Of a stretch of 26,072 bases of DNA, positions 8,536 to 16,704 are shown one piece after another (the stretch's first letter is position 1; each line of letters begins with the position of its first letter). The DNA comes from Dehalococcoidia bacterium (lineage in GTDB: Bacteria; Chloroflexota; Dehalococcoidia; UBA6926). Location of the stretch: assembly GCA_030754805.1 (NCBI GenBank), contig JASLZO010000001.1:1-26072 (forward strand). The letters are read 5' to 3'. The notes under the pieces are model-generated. The model had not been told where the DNA came from and searched no databases. It worked only from the letters and a program-made list of their open reading frames with translations. Both the position numbers and the translations under genes were made by a program.

Positions 8536-9345
8536 ATGGCTCTGGGTAAGGGATTCCGTTGGAGCGCCAGGCTCCCGGAAGCGCTGTATCCCGCCTCCAC
8601 GATCGCTGCGATGCTCGCTGCGTGGCAGCTGTCGATCGTCCTCTTTTCCATACCGGACTTCATCCTGCCTGGTCCGATCGCCGTCATCGAAAGTTTCGTG
8701 GGAAATCTCGGCCTGGTCTGGCCTCATTTCCTGGTCACGACGTTTGAGATGCTTCTGGGGCTTTTTCTCGCCACCGTCTTCGCGGTCGCCGTCTCGATAC
8801 TCATGGTCTGGTCGAGGCCGGTGGAGAAGACACTGCTGCCGCTCCTGGTGTTCTTTCAGACGACACCCAAGCTGGCCGTTGCTCCATTGTTCATCGTCTG
8901 GTTCGGCTTCGGCTACGCTCCCAAGGTCATCATCGCCTTCTGGCTGGCGTACTTCCCGATCGTCATCGCCACGATGACCGGATTGAAGGATGTTGAGCCC
9001 GCACTGATCGATCTGACGAAATCCATGTCGGCGTCCACGCTCCAGACGTTCATCAAGGTCCGACTGCCAAGTTCATTGCCTCACTTCTTCGCCGGTCTCA
9101 AGCTGGGCGGCGTGGTCGCCATTCTTGGAGCCATCGTCGGTGAGTTCGTCGGTGCGAATGAGGGGTTGGGCTACCTGATCACGATGGCGCAACACAACAG
9201 CGACGTGACGTTGCTGTTCTCGGTCGTCATCACGCTCGTGGTCTTGGGCAGGTCGATGTATGCGCTCATCGGCTGGGCCGAAACACACGCCATCTCCTGG
9301 CACGTCACGATGAGGGCGAGGGACCAGAGGTTCTTCACGGCGTGA
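8536..9345 (+). CDS. ABC transporter permease 2, NitT/TauT family
   Basis: The real gene is the 3' part of track ORF 7372-9345, starting at ATG 8536 after GGGGAG. Motifs PDFILPGP, PKLAVAPLFIVWFGFG, KVRLPSSLPHFFAG and GAIVGEFVGANEGLG. Confidence 0.9.
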   Translation: MALGKGFRWSARLPEALYPASTIAAMLAAWQLSIVLFSIPDFILPGPIAVIESFVGNLGLVWPHFLVTTFEMLLGLFLATVFAVAVSILMVWSRPVEKTLLPLLVFFQTTPKLAVAPLFIVWFGFGYAPKVIIAFWLAYFPIVIATMTGLKDVEPALIDLTKSMSASTLQTFIKVRLPSSLPHFFAGLKLGGVVAILGAIVGEFVGANEGLGYLITMAQHNSDVTLLFSVVITLVVLGRSMYALIGWAETHAISWHVTMRARDQRFFTA

Positions 9346-9409
9346 CTCGCAGGGCCAAGGCATCGCCCGACTGGAGGGAGAGGCCCACCGCGCAGAAGAG
9401 GGGGGACGC

Positions 9410-10405
9410 ATGAGAACAAGCTCCCTGATGGTCGGAATGTTGGGCCTGTCTCTCGTGGCTCTGGGAACGGCCTGCCGATCTCGTCAAGCATCCTCCACGG
9501 ATGCACCGGCGCTGGACCAGGTGACGCTGCAGCTCCACTGGAAGTGCTCGGGCCCGCATGTGCCGTTCATCGTTGCGTCGGAGAAGGGATTCTTCGAGGA
9601 GGAAGGCATAGACATCACGATCAGGGAAGGCTCGGGTTCATCGGCGACGAGCAAACTCGTCGCCGCCGGTAGCGCCACGTTCGGAGTGGCCGCGACCAAC
9701 GTCAGCGTGAAGGGAGCCGCCCTGGGGATGCCGATCATTCAAGTGATGCAGATTCAGGAGTCGCGGAGGTACTGCATCCTCTCGAAGCCCGAGACCGGCA
9801 TCAGAACGCCTCAGGATCTGATCGGGAAGGTCATTGCCGGGTCTGGAGGCGGTGGGACCTCAGCCCTCTTCAACGCGTTTCTGGCCGCAAACGAGATTCG
9901 TCAAGAGCAGGTCACGTACCTGAACGCCGGCAGGGCGATGCTCGAGGCGATGGCAACGGGCAGGGCCGATGGCGCGCTTGGCCTTGAAGTGGATGACCTC
10001 GTCAGGCTCCAGGGGATGGACGTCGATCCGGCCCAGGTCATGCTGTTCGAGGATTGGGGGATCCCCGTGATCGGGGACGGGGTGATCGTCAACGCGACGA
10101 CCGCGCGGGAGGATCCCGATCTCATCCGGAGGTTCATCAGGGCGTACATCGCGGGAGTCGGAGAGACCTTCGCCGACGTCGACGCGGCGGCGGAGATCGC
10201 GGTGAGGCGGTTTCCCCTGGCGAGGAAGGAAATTCTCGTCGGCCAGTTGACGAGTGTCCGCTCGCTCTTACCGTCTCCACTGGGATACCAGGATCCCGAG
10301 GCCTTGGAAGAGCTCAGGCGCATCACGGTGGAGTTCGACGGTGTCGCCGAAGCGGCAGACATTCCGTTGACCCGGTTCTCCACGAACGAGTTTCTGCCCG
10401 AGTAG
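9410..10405 (+). CDS. ABC transporter substrate-binding protein, NMT1/THI5/SsuA-like
   Basis: N-terminal signal peptide with a possible lipobox (LGTAC), and LQLHW...HVPFIVASEKGFFEEEGIDITIREGSGS. The THI5 catalytic Lys/His motif is not evident. Confidence 0.85.
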   Translation: MRTSSLMVGMLGLSLVALGTACRSRQASSTDAPALDQVTLQLHWKCSGPHVPFIVASEKGFFEEEGIDITIREGSGSSATSKLVAAGSATFGVAATNVSVKGAALGMPIIQVMQIQESRRYCILSKPETGIRTPQDLIGKVIAGSGGGGTSALFNAFLAANEIRQEQVTYLNAGRAMLEAMATGRADGALGLEVDDLVRLQGMDVDPAQVMLFEDWGIPVIGDGVIVNATTAREDPDLIRRFIRAYIAGVGETFADVDAAAEIAVRRFPLARKEILVGQLTSVRSLLPSPLGYQDPEALEELRRITVEFDGVAEAADIPLTRFSTNEFLPE

Positions 10406-10452
10406 CGATTCCATCAGAATTCTCGCTTCCCAGGGCTTGGACGAGGAGAGAC

Positions 10453-11214
10453 GTGATTACTCTCGACGGCGTGCACTTGACGTATCCGCACAAGGGCGGG
10501 TCGATCGAGGCATTGACGGATGTCAGCTTCTCGGCGAGGGAGGGGGAGTTCCTCTCCATTGTCGGCCCGAGCGGCTGCGGGAAATCCACCCTGATCAAGA
10601 TCATCGCCGGTCTCCTTCCGACGTCCAAGGGAGAGGCGCGCGTCGATGGGAAGCTGGTCCGGGGCCCACACCCGAATGTCGGGATCGTCTTTCAGGAGGC
10701 GACCCTACTGGCATGGCGCTCCGTCTTGCGGAACATCATGCTGCAGATCGAGGTGCGACAGGAGTTCGAGAACGACGCCTACGTACCGAGGGCGCGGGAC
10801 CTGATCAAGCTGGCGGGGTTGGATGGGTTCGAGGACCGGTACCCGTGGGAGCTCTCAGGCGGCATGCAGCAGCGCGTCTCCTTCTGTCGGGCACTCATCC
10901 ACGACCCTCCGCTCCTGCTCATGGATGAACCGTTCGGCGCGCTGGATGCCATGACGCGGGATGAAATGGGCGTCTGGCTTCAGAAGACGTGGATGGAACG
11001 AGCGCGAACGGTTCTGTTCGTCACGCACGATATCGGTGAAGCGGTCTTTCTCTCGGATCGAGTCATGGTGATGACAGCCAGGCCCGGGCGCGTGAAGGAG
11101 ATCATGGAGATCGACTTGCCCAGGCCCAGAGAACTCAGAATCACGGAAGAGATCGAGTTCGTGAAGTATGTCTCCCATGCACGACGCCTCATGCACGCGG
11201 AGGGATACTACTGA
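10453..11214 (+). CDS. ABC transporter ATP-binding protein, NitT/TauT family
   Basis: GTG start after GAGGAG, inside track ORF 10054-11214. Walker A GPSGCGKST, signature LSGGMQQR, Walker B LLMDEPFGALD, H-loop VTHD. Confidence 0.93.
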   Translation: MITLDGVHLTYPHKGGSIEALTDVSFSAREGEFLSIVGPSGCGKSTLIKIIAGLLPTSKGEARVDGKLVRGPHPNVGIVFQEATLLAWRSVLRNIMLQIEVRQEFENDAYVPRARDLIKLAGLDGFEDRYPWELSGGMQQRVSFCRALIHDPPLLLMDEPFGALDAMTRDEMGVWLQKTWMERARTVLFVTHDIGEAVFLSDRVMVMTARPGRVKEIMEIDLPRPRELRITEEIEFVKYVSHARRLMHAEGYY

Positions 11215-11221
11215 CCCAAGT

Positions 11222-11249
11222 GAGCTCTGGGGTTAGCCCCCGGGGCCTC
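11222..11249. terminator. Imperfect GC-rich hairpin between convergent genes (possible bidirectional terminator)
   Basis: gagctct-GGGG-ttag-CCCC-cggggcctc in the 55-bp gap between the ABC ATPase stop and the ThDP gene stop. There is no U-tract, so support is weak. Confidence 0.25.
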
Positions 11250-11269
11250 TCCTTGAAGCCGGCCGGGTA

Positions 11270-13255
11270 TCACACGTTTCGCGTGCGGCTGTCGGCAAGA
11301 CTGAATTGACTGTGCCAGGTGGATTCGGCTCCCGCGTCGATGCAGCGGATTCTGGCGTCGATCACGTACGGCCGACCCTCCCGGGTGGCGGCGATGCCGA
11401 TCTCCAGCTCGCTCTCCAGTTCGTCGGCCGTCGTCGCCTTCGCAGCGGAGATCCCCTGAGATTCGGCAAGCTTGACGAAATCGATCTCCGGATCGCCAAG
11501 AAACATCGTCGGGTAGCGATCGGTCTGCGCCATGTTGCCCTGATACCGCGCGAAGCGAAACCGCACCTGCTGATAGTTGACGTTGTTCCAGATGACGGTG
11601 AGTACGGGGACCCGATAGCGTGCCATCGTCCAGAAACCGGCCGCGCTGTACATCACGGAGCCGTCGCCGATGTGAAGCACGACCTGGCGATCGGGCTGGC
11701 CGAGCTTGGCGCCGATGGCCGCCCCGACTCCCCACCCGAGCGAGCCGCCGGCCGCGTGAAGCCGCATCTTCTCACCGACGCCGACAGATTGGAGTGGCGC
11801 GTAGGGACGGGCCATGTCGTGGCTGACGTTCTCGTGAATCGTGATGGCGTCGCGATCCGACGCGCGCTCGGTGAGCAGCGCGACGTCATCGGGATGCATC
11901 GGATTCTGACCCAGATTCGGGCGAATATCCGCGTCCGCGGCACGGCGCATCCTCTCCGGGAGCGCCGCCAGTCGGTCGTAGCGGCTGGCGCGGATCGCGG
12001 CGAGACGCTCCGTCGTGGCCAGGCTGCGAATCGACTCGAGGAGATCGTCGAGCGCCAGTCCGACATCGGCGACGATGGCCAGATCGACAGGCTCCGTTCG
12101 GGCCATCGAACCGGTATCGATTCCGATCGCCACCTTCTTGGCATCGGCGGGGATCGAGGGAGGATAGTTTCCCGGACCCCAGACTCCCCGCTCCGAAATC
12201 GTTGGGCTGGTCGAGATTGTCCGGACCGCGAAGTTCTCGGCACCCAGCGCAAGGAACATGTCCGCGGTCTTGAACGGATTCTCCTCTTCGATGAAGCGCA
12301 TGCCCCCGTAGCTGTAGTAGAGCGGGTGCTGTGTCGGGAAATGCGCGCCAATGTTGTACCAGCCGAGGAAATCCGAGACTGGCATGGCGAGCAGGTCCGC
12401 CAGCTCCATCGCTTGCGGAACCGCGCCCGATCGGTTCAGCTCGCTCTCCACGATGAGGCACGGTTGCACGCTCTCCAAGAGCCACCGCGCGGTCTGTTCG
12501 ATATCTGCGGCGTTGGGACGAGACCGGATCGGAACGGAGAACTTGCTCTGGTCGATGATCTCCGCCGAGACGTCCTTGGCTTCCAGCGCCGCGGTCCCGA
12601 GGGCCACGTAGACCGGACCTCCGGGAGGCGTCGCGGCGACCTTGAACGCTCGCCGCATGGCCAGCGGAATGCTCTCCGGATTGCGGACCTCCCAGGAGAG
12701 CTTGGAGAACTGCTTGTTGACGTCGACCTGCTCGAAGCCGGGCCGTGGCGCAAGCACGAGATCGTCGCTGAAGACCGTGGTGTCCACGAGAGCAGCGGTG
12801 ACCACCATGGAGGCATGATCGCGGTGGGCGTTGAAGAGCTGGCCCGATGCCTGGGCGGTCCCGGCGATTGCGTGAAGATTGACGAAGGCCGTCTCGCCGG
12901 TCACCTGGTTGTAGCCGTCGGCCATGGCAATGACGAGGCCTTCGTGCAACCCCACGATCGGCTGAATCTCCGGAGCGCCGGCCAAGGCGTCGAAGAAGCC
13001 AACTTCCGTGGAGCCAGGATTCGTGAAGACATACTTCACGTTCGCGGCCTTGAGTTGCTCCACGAGGAGTTCTCCGCCCGTTCCGGTCGCGGTGCGATAG
13101 GTGCCGCTTGGTTGGTCGGCCGGCGTCTCCGCCGCCGCGAGATTACTCAGGAGAGACTCGACGAAGCCGGCCGTGAAGCCGGCCGCCACCATCCGCCTGA
13201 AGAAGCCACGACGGGAGAGGCGATTGTTCAGGTATTCAGCCAGGAGCTCACGCAT
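11270..13255 (-). CDS. Thiamine-diphosphate-dependent enzyme, benzoylformate-decarboxylase-like, with an N-terminal twin-arginine (Tat) signal
   Basis: ATG at 13255 with a GGAGGG RBS (the longer track start at 13483 overlaps the opposite gene). Signal MRELLAEYLNNRLSRRGFFRRMVAAG...LAAA. Motifs FTNPGSTE, GLHEG (cofactor-activating Glu), NLHAIAG, and the ThDP motif GDGSVMY...VIWNN. Confidence 0.88.
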   Translation of the reverse strand: MRELLAEYLNNRLSRRGFFRRMVAAGFTAGFVESLLSNLAAAETPADQPSGTYRTATGTGGELLVEQLKAANVKYVFTNPGSTEVGFFDALAGAPEIQPIVGLHEGLVIAMADGYNQVTGETAFVNLHAIAGTAQASGQLFNAHRDHASMVVTAALVDTTVFSDDLVLAPRPGFEQVDVNKQFSKLSWEVRNPESIPLAMRRAFKVAATPPGGPVYVALGTAALEAKDVSAEIIDQSKFSVPIRSRPNAADIEQTARWLLESVQPCLIVESELNRSGAVPQAMELADLLAMPVSDFLGWYNIGAHFPTQHPLYYSYGGMRFIEEENPFKTADMFLALGAENFAVRTISTSPTISERGVWGPGNYPPSIPADAKKVAIGIDTGSMARTEPVDLAIVADVGLALDDLLESIRSLATTERLAAIRASRYDRLAALPERMRRAADADIRPNLGQNPMHPDDVALLTERASDRDAITIHENVSHDMARPYAPLQSVGVGEKMRLHAAGGSLGWGVGAAIGAKLGQPDRQVVLHIGDGSVMYSAAGFWTMARYRVPVLTVIWNNVNYQQVRFRFARYQGNMAQTDRYPTMFLGDPEIDFVKLAESQGISAAKATTADELESELEIGIAATREGRPYVIDARIRCIDAGAESTWHSQFSLADSRTRNV

Positions 13256-13283
13256 TGACACCCTCCGAGCGCAGACAGGACGC

Positions 13284-13303
13284 CCTCGAGGATGATCTCG
13301 AGG
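13284..13303. promoter_or_regulatory. 7-6-7 inverted repeat, possible operator
   Basis: CCTCGAG-gatgat-CTCGAGG, just downstream of the candidate minus-strand -10 box in the divergent intergenic region. Confidence 0.25.
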
Positions 13304-13310
13304 TGCTGCG

Positions 13311-13339
13311 TTCGTACCTGCAATCACGGTTTCTGTCAA
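13311..13339 (-). promoter_or_regulatory. Candidate sigma70-type promoter for the ThDP enzyme gene
   Basis: On the minus strand: a perfect TTGACA (13339-13334), a 17-nt spacer, then TACGAA (13316-13311; 3/6 match to TATAAT), about 55 nt upstream of the start codon. Confidence 0.35.
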
Positions 13340-13457
13340 GGGAGGACTTCGCGCCGCGTGACGCCGAGGGTGAACCGACGGCGGCGCCCGACGGCCCCGT
13401 GGAGTTATGCTTTGCACGGCGGAGGCATGAGGGCCGTCGCGTGGGTGAAGGTATCTG

Positions 13458-15821
13458 ATGAACGACGACAGATTCGAGGTCATCGGTCGGGTGACCCGGC
13501 GTCAGGACGGCCACGCCATGGTCACCGGGCGGCAGCTGTACTCCTCGGACATCAGCCTTCCGAACATGCTTCAGGCCAGAGTCTTGAGAAGTCCCTACCC
13601 TCACGCGCGGATCGCCGCTATCGACACCAGCGAAGCGGAACGCCTGGGCGCCGTCTGCATCACCCCCGAGGACGTGCCGCGGGTCAAGTACAACGAGCGT
13701 CAGGTGAGCGTTCCGGCCAAGACCTACCGCGACCGAACGGTCCTGCCGGACAAGGTCCGGCACGTCGGGCAGGGCGTCGTTGCGGTCGCCGCCAGGACGG
13801 AAGCGCTGGCGGACAGGGCGCTCGACGCCCTTGACGTCGAATTCGAATCGCTGCCTGCGGTCTTCGATCCCCACGAAGCGATGCGAGATGGCGCGCCGCA
13901 GTTGCATGACGCGGTCCTGTTGGGCGAGACCGTCCTCCCCATCGAGCGGAATATCGCCTGTTACCGGGAGGCGGTAGAAGGCGACGTGGCTCGAGGGCTC
14001 GAGGAGGCGGACCTCGTCGTGGAGAACGAATTCACGACCGGGAGGGCCTACCACGGCCAGCTGGAGAGCAAGGCGGTTGTGTGCCGCCCGGAAGCCGACG
14101 GCGGAATCACGGTGTGGGCCACCGCGCAGTCGATTCACAATACCCGCCAGCTCTTGGGAAGCCTCTTCGACATCCCCCTCAGCAAGATCAACGTGCAACG
14201 TGTGCCGATTGGTGGGTCGTTTGGCTCGAGCATCCAGATGAACAGTTCCGTCGCCGTCTGCGTCGCCCTGGCGCTCAAGGCTCAGAAGTCGGTGAAGCTG
14301 GTGCTGACCCGCGAAGAGGATATGTACGACCACTGCAAGTATCCGTCGAATATCCACCTCACCTACGGCGTGAAACGCGACGGAACCCTGACAGCGGGAT
14401 ATTTGAAGACGGTCGTCGACATTGGAGGGCACAACATCCAGGCGTATCCGCTGCTCGGGTGCATGGCGGGCTGGTTCGTCTCTCTGTACCGACTGCCGCA
14501 TCTGAAGTTCGAGGGTACGGCGGTGTACACCAACAAGGCTCCAGCCTGTGCCATGCAGGGATACGGGAACCCGCAGGTCACATTCGCGGTGGAGTCGATG
14601 ATGGACACCATCGCCGAAGAACTCGACATCGATCCGATCGACGTTCGCCTGAAGAACTACGTGGGGCTCGGCGAGACGTTCTGGGGGCAGGGTCCGACTG
14701 TGCGCTCGGTCATTCGGAGTTGCGGTGTGGAGGAGATGCTGCTGAAGGGAAAGGCGATGGTCGGCTGGGAGGGTCGCGGGAGCTCCACGAGCAAGACCGG
14801 GCGCTTCCGAAGGGGGATCGGGGTCGGCCGAGGGTTCCACACATCGGGCACCGGTGCGCCCACGCCGGGTGAGGTCATCGACTACTCCACGGCGATGGTC
14901 AAGATTAACGAGGACGGGTCGGTCGACTGCCTGACCGCGCTCATGTGCCACGGCGGGGGAACGTTGGACGCGGGCGCCAAGATGGTGGCCGAGGAACTCG
15001 GTGTGCCTCTCGACCGGGTGGGAATCTCGCCGTCGAACACCCGCTCCACCGGCTACGACGTCTGCACCCACGCGACCCGTGGGGTGTACTGCGGCGGCGC
15101 GAGCCTTCTGAGGGCCGCCCAAGATGTAAAGAAGATTCTGTTCGACTTCGCCTCGCGCATCATCGACGTCAATCCGGACGCGCTGAAGGTCCGACCCGAC
15201 ACGAACCGTGGCCAGGGCGTCGTCTGCTTGCCCGGAGCGCCGGCCAAACGGATCACCGTGGCCGAGGTGGCCAAGACCGCGCAGATCAAGGGATGGGGCT
15301 CGATCATCGCCGTCGTGAGCCATCGGCAGGTGAACTGTCCGCCCTGCTTCGTCGTGAATTTCGTCGAGGTAGAGGTCGACACGGCGACCGGGCAGATTCG
15401 ACCGATGCGCGCCGTGGCCGCAGTCGATGCCGGGACGGTCATCAACCCCGACCTAGCCGCCGGGCAGCTCGAGGGCGGCCTCTGCCGGGGCATCGGCCTC
15501 GCGCTTCTGGAAGATACGACTTACAAGCCGGATACCGGAGAGCTTACCTGTGGCGGGTATCTCACCGACTACAAGGTCTATACGGCACAGGACATGCCCT
15601 CGCTCGAGGATCTGTCGACGTTCTTTGCCGACACCTACGAGCCGTCAGGTCCGTTCGGCGCCAAGGGCGTCGGCGAAGCCGCGAACAATGCGACCGCCGG
15701 CGCCGTAGCCAATGCCATCTACAACGCCGTGGGGATCCGCTTGACGGAGGCGCCGATCACTCCGGAACGCGTCTTGAGTGCGTTGACGCGGGACGCGGAA
15801 CAGCTCCAGCAGGGGCGGTAA
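13458..15821 (+). CDS. Xanthine dehydrogenase family molybdopterin-binding (large) subunit 1
   Basis: Motifs LRSPYPHARI, TAQSIH, GGSFGSS, AMQGYGNPQ, DAGTVINP...GQLEGG and GAKGVGE (catalytic Glu present). Confidence 0.92.
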   Translation: MNDDRFEVIGRVTRRQDGHAMVTGRQLYSSDISLPNMLQARVLRSPYPHARIAAIDTSEAERLGAVCITPEDVPRVKYNERQVSVPAKTYRDRTVLPDKVRHVGQGVVAVAARTEALADRALDALDVEFESLPAVFDPHEAMRDGAPQLHDAVLLGETVLPIERNIACYREAVEGDVARGLEEADLVVENEFTTGRAYHGQLESKAVVCRPEADGGITVWATAQSIHNTRQLLGSLFDIPLSKINVQRVPIGGSFGSSIQMNSSVAVCVALALKAQKSVKLVLTREEDMYDHCKYPSNIHLTYGVKRDGTLTAGYLKTVVDIGGHNIQAYPLLGCMAGWFVSLYRLPHLKFEGTAVYTNKAPACAMQGYGNPQVTFAVESMMDTIAEELDIDPIDVRLKNYVGLGETFWGQGPTVRSVIRSCGVEEMLLKGKAMVGWEGRGSSTSKTGRFRRGIGVGRGFHTSGTGAPTPGEVIDYSTAMVKINEDGSVDCLTALMCHGGGTLDAGAKMVAEELGVPLDRVGISPSNTRSTGYDVCTHATRGVYCGGASLLRAAQDVKKILFDFASRIIDVNPDALKVRPDTNRGQGVVCLPGAPAKRITVAEVAKTAQIKGWGSIIAVVSHRQVNCPPCFVVNFVEVEVDTATGQIRPMRAVAAVDAGTVINPDLAAGQLEGGLCRGIGLALLEDTTYKPDTGELTCGGYLTDYKVYTAQDMPSLEDLSTFFADTYEPSGPFGAKGVGEAANNATAGAVANAIYNAVGIRLTEAPITPERVLSALTRDAEQLQQGR

Positions 15822-15823
15822 CG

Positions 15824-16702
15824 ATGGGCAACACGAGGATCTTGACCCGGGAATTCGAATACGTCGCGCCGGAGACGATGCCGGAACTTCTCGCGCTGCT
15901 GGACCGATACGGTCCGGCGGCAACGATCATCGCGGGCGGAACCGATGTCGTGCCCCAGCTGAAGTACGAAAAGATTTCGCCTGACTACCTGATTGATGTC
16001 ACGAAGATAGCCGAGTTGCGCACCGTGCGGCGAGACGGGGCCCTGCACATCGGTGCCGCGGTGAGGCTGCGCGACGTCAAGGCCTACTGCAGGGACAACG
16101 AGACCTACGCCTGCCTCGGTGACGCGCTCGGCTCGATCGGCCAGGCCCAGGTCGTCAACATGGGGACGTTGGGCGGAAACATTTGCACAGCCTCACCGGC
16201 CGCCGATTCCGCTCTGGCGCTCCTGGTCTTGGAGGCCCGGGTACGACTGATCGGTTCGGGCGGAGAGCGGGTCGTGCCGCTCGACGCCTTCTTTCGGGGA
16301 CCCAAGATGACCGGCATGGAGCCTGGCGAAGTCATGGCGGAGATCCAGGTTCCGGCTGTCGTGGACCACACCGGAAGTGCGTTTCGAAAGATCGGGCGGG
16401 TGGCGGGGGACATCTCCAAGATCAGTTGCGCGGTTGCGGTGCAGAGCGATGGCGAGCGGTGTCTCTCATGCCGGATTGGGATGGGGGCTGTCGGCCCGAC
16501 GCCGATGCGAATGCCCGGTGTGGAACAGCTCTTGTCGGGTCGAGCGATTGACGCGGGCGTGATGGATGAGGCCGCCGACCGAATCGCGGCCGACATCTCG
16601 CCCCTGACCGACGTGCGATCCACCGAGTTCTATCGACGACGCGTCTCCCGCGTGCTGTTCAAGGACACGTTCGACCAGGCATGGAAGCGGGTTCAGCGAT
16701 AG
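15824..16702 (+). CDS. Xanthine dehydrogenase family FAD-binding (medium) subunit 1
   Basis: ATG at 15824 inside track ORF 14945-16702. Motifs IAGGTDVVP, GTLGGNICTASPAADS, and DVRSTEFYRR. Confidence 0.9.
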   Translation: MGNTRILTREFEYVAPETMPELLALLDRYGPAATIIAGGTDVVPQLKYEKISPDYLIDVTKIAELRTVRRDGALHIGAAVRLRDVKAYCRDNETYACLGDALGSIGQAQVVNMGTLGGNICTASPAADSALALLVLEARVRLIGSGGERVVPLDAFFRGPKMTGMEPGEVMAEIQVPAVVDHTGSAFRKIGRVAGDISKISCAVAVQSDGERCLSCRIGMGAVGPTPMRMPGVEQLLSGRAIDAGVMDEAADRIAADISPLTDVRSTEFYRRRVSRVLFKDTFDQAWKRVQR

Positions 16703-16704
16703 CC

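Noticed and set aside
9410-10405. THI5-type HMP-phosphate synthase linked to the ThDP enzyme
   Set aside because: It has a signal peptide, sits in an ABC operon and lacks the PLP-binding Lys/His motif, so it is a transport binding protein.
11306-13258. Long + strand ORF (650 aa) and other long antisense or alternate-frame ORFs such as 13248-15323, 5821-7410, 19385-20581 and 510-1442
   Set aside because: They are shadows of well-supported genes in high-GC DNA, are Arg/Gly/Pro-rich, and carry no recognisable motifs.
13255-13283. Perfect TTGACA on the + strand as a -35 box
   Set aside because: No plausible -10 lies 16-18 nt downstream (GGACGC), and the hexamer is explained by the minus-strand start codon and its spacer.
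13400-13416. Sigma54 -24/-12-like TGG...TTGCA
   Set aside because: The GG-to-GC spacing is 11 nt, not the required 10.
13255-13458. 67-aa + strand ORF filling the divergent intergenic region
   Set aside because: Its TTG start overlaps the ThDP start codon, it has no RBS or motif, and it runs through the candidate promoter. Only its 3' overlap with the next ATG is noted, under the leader finding.
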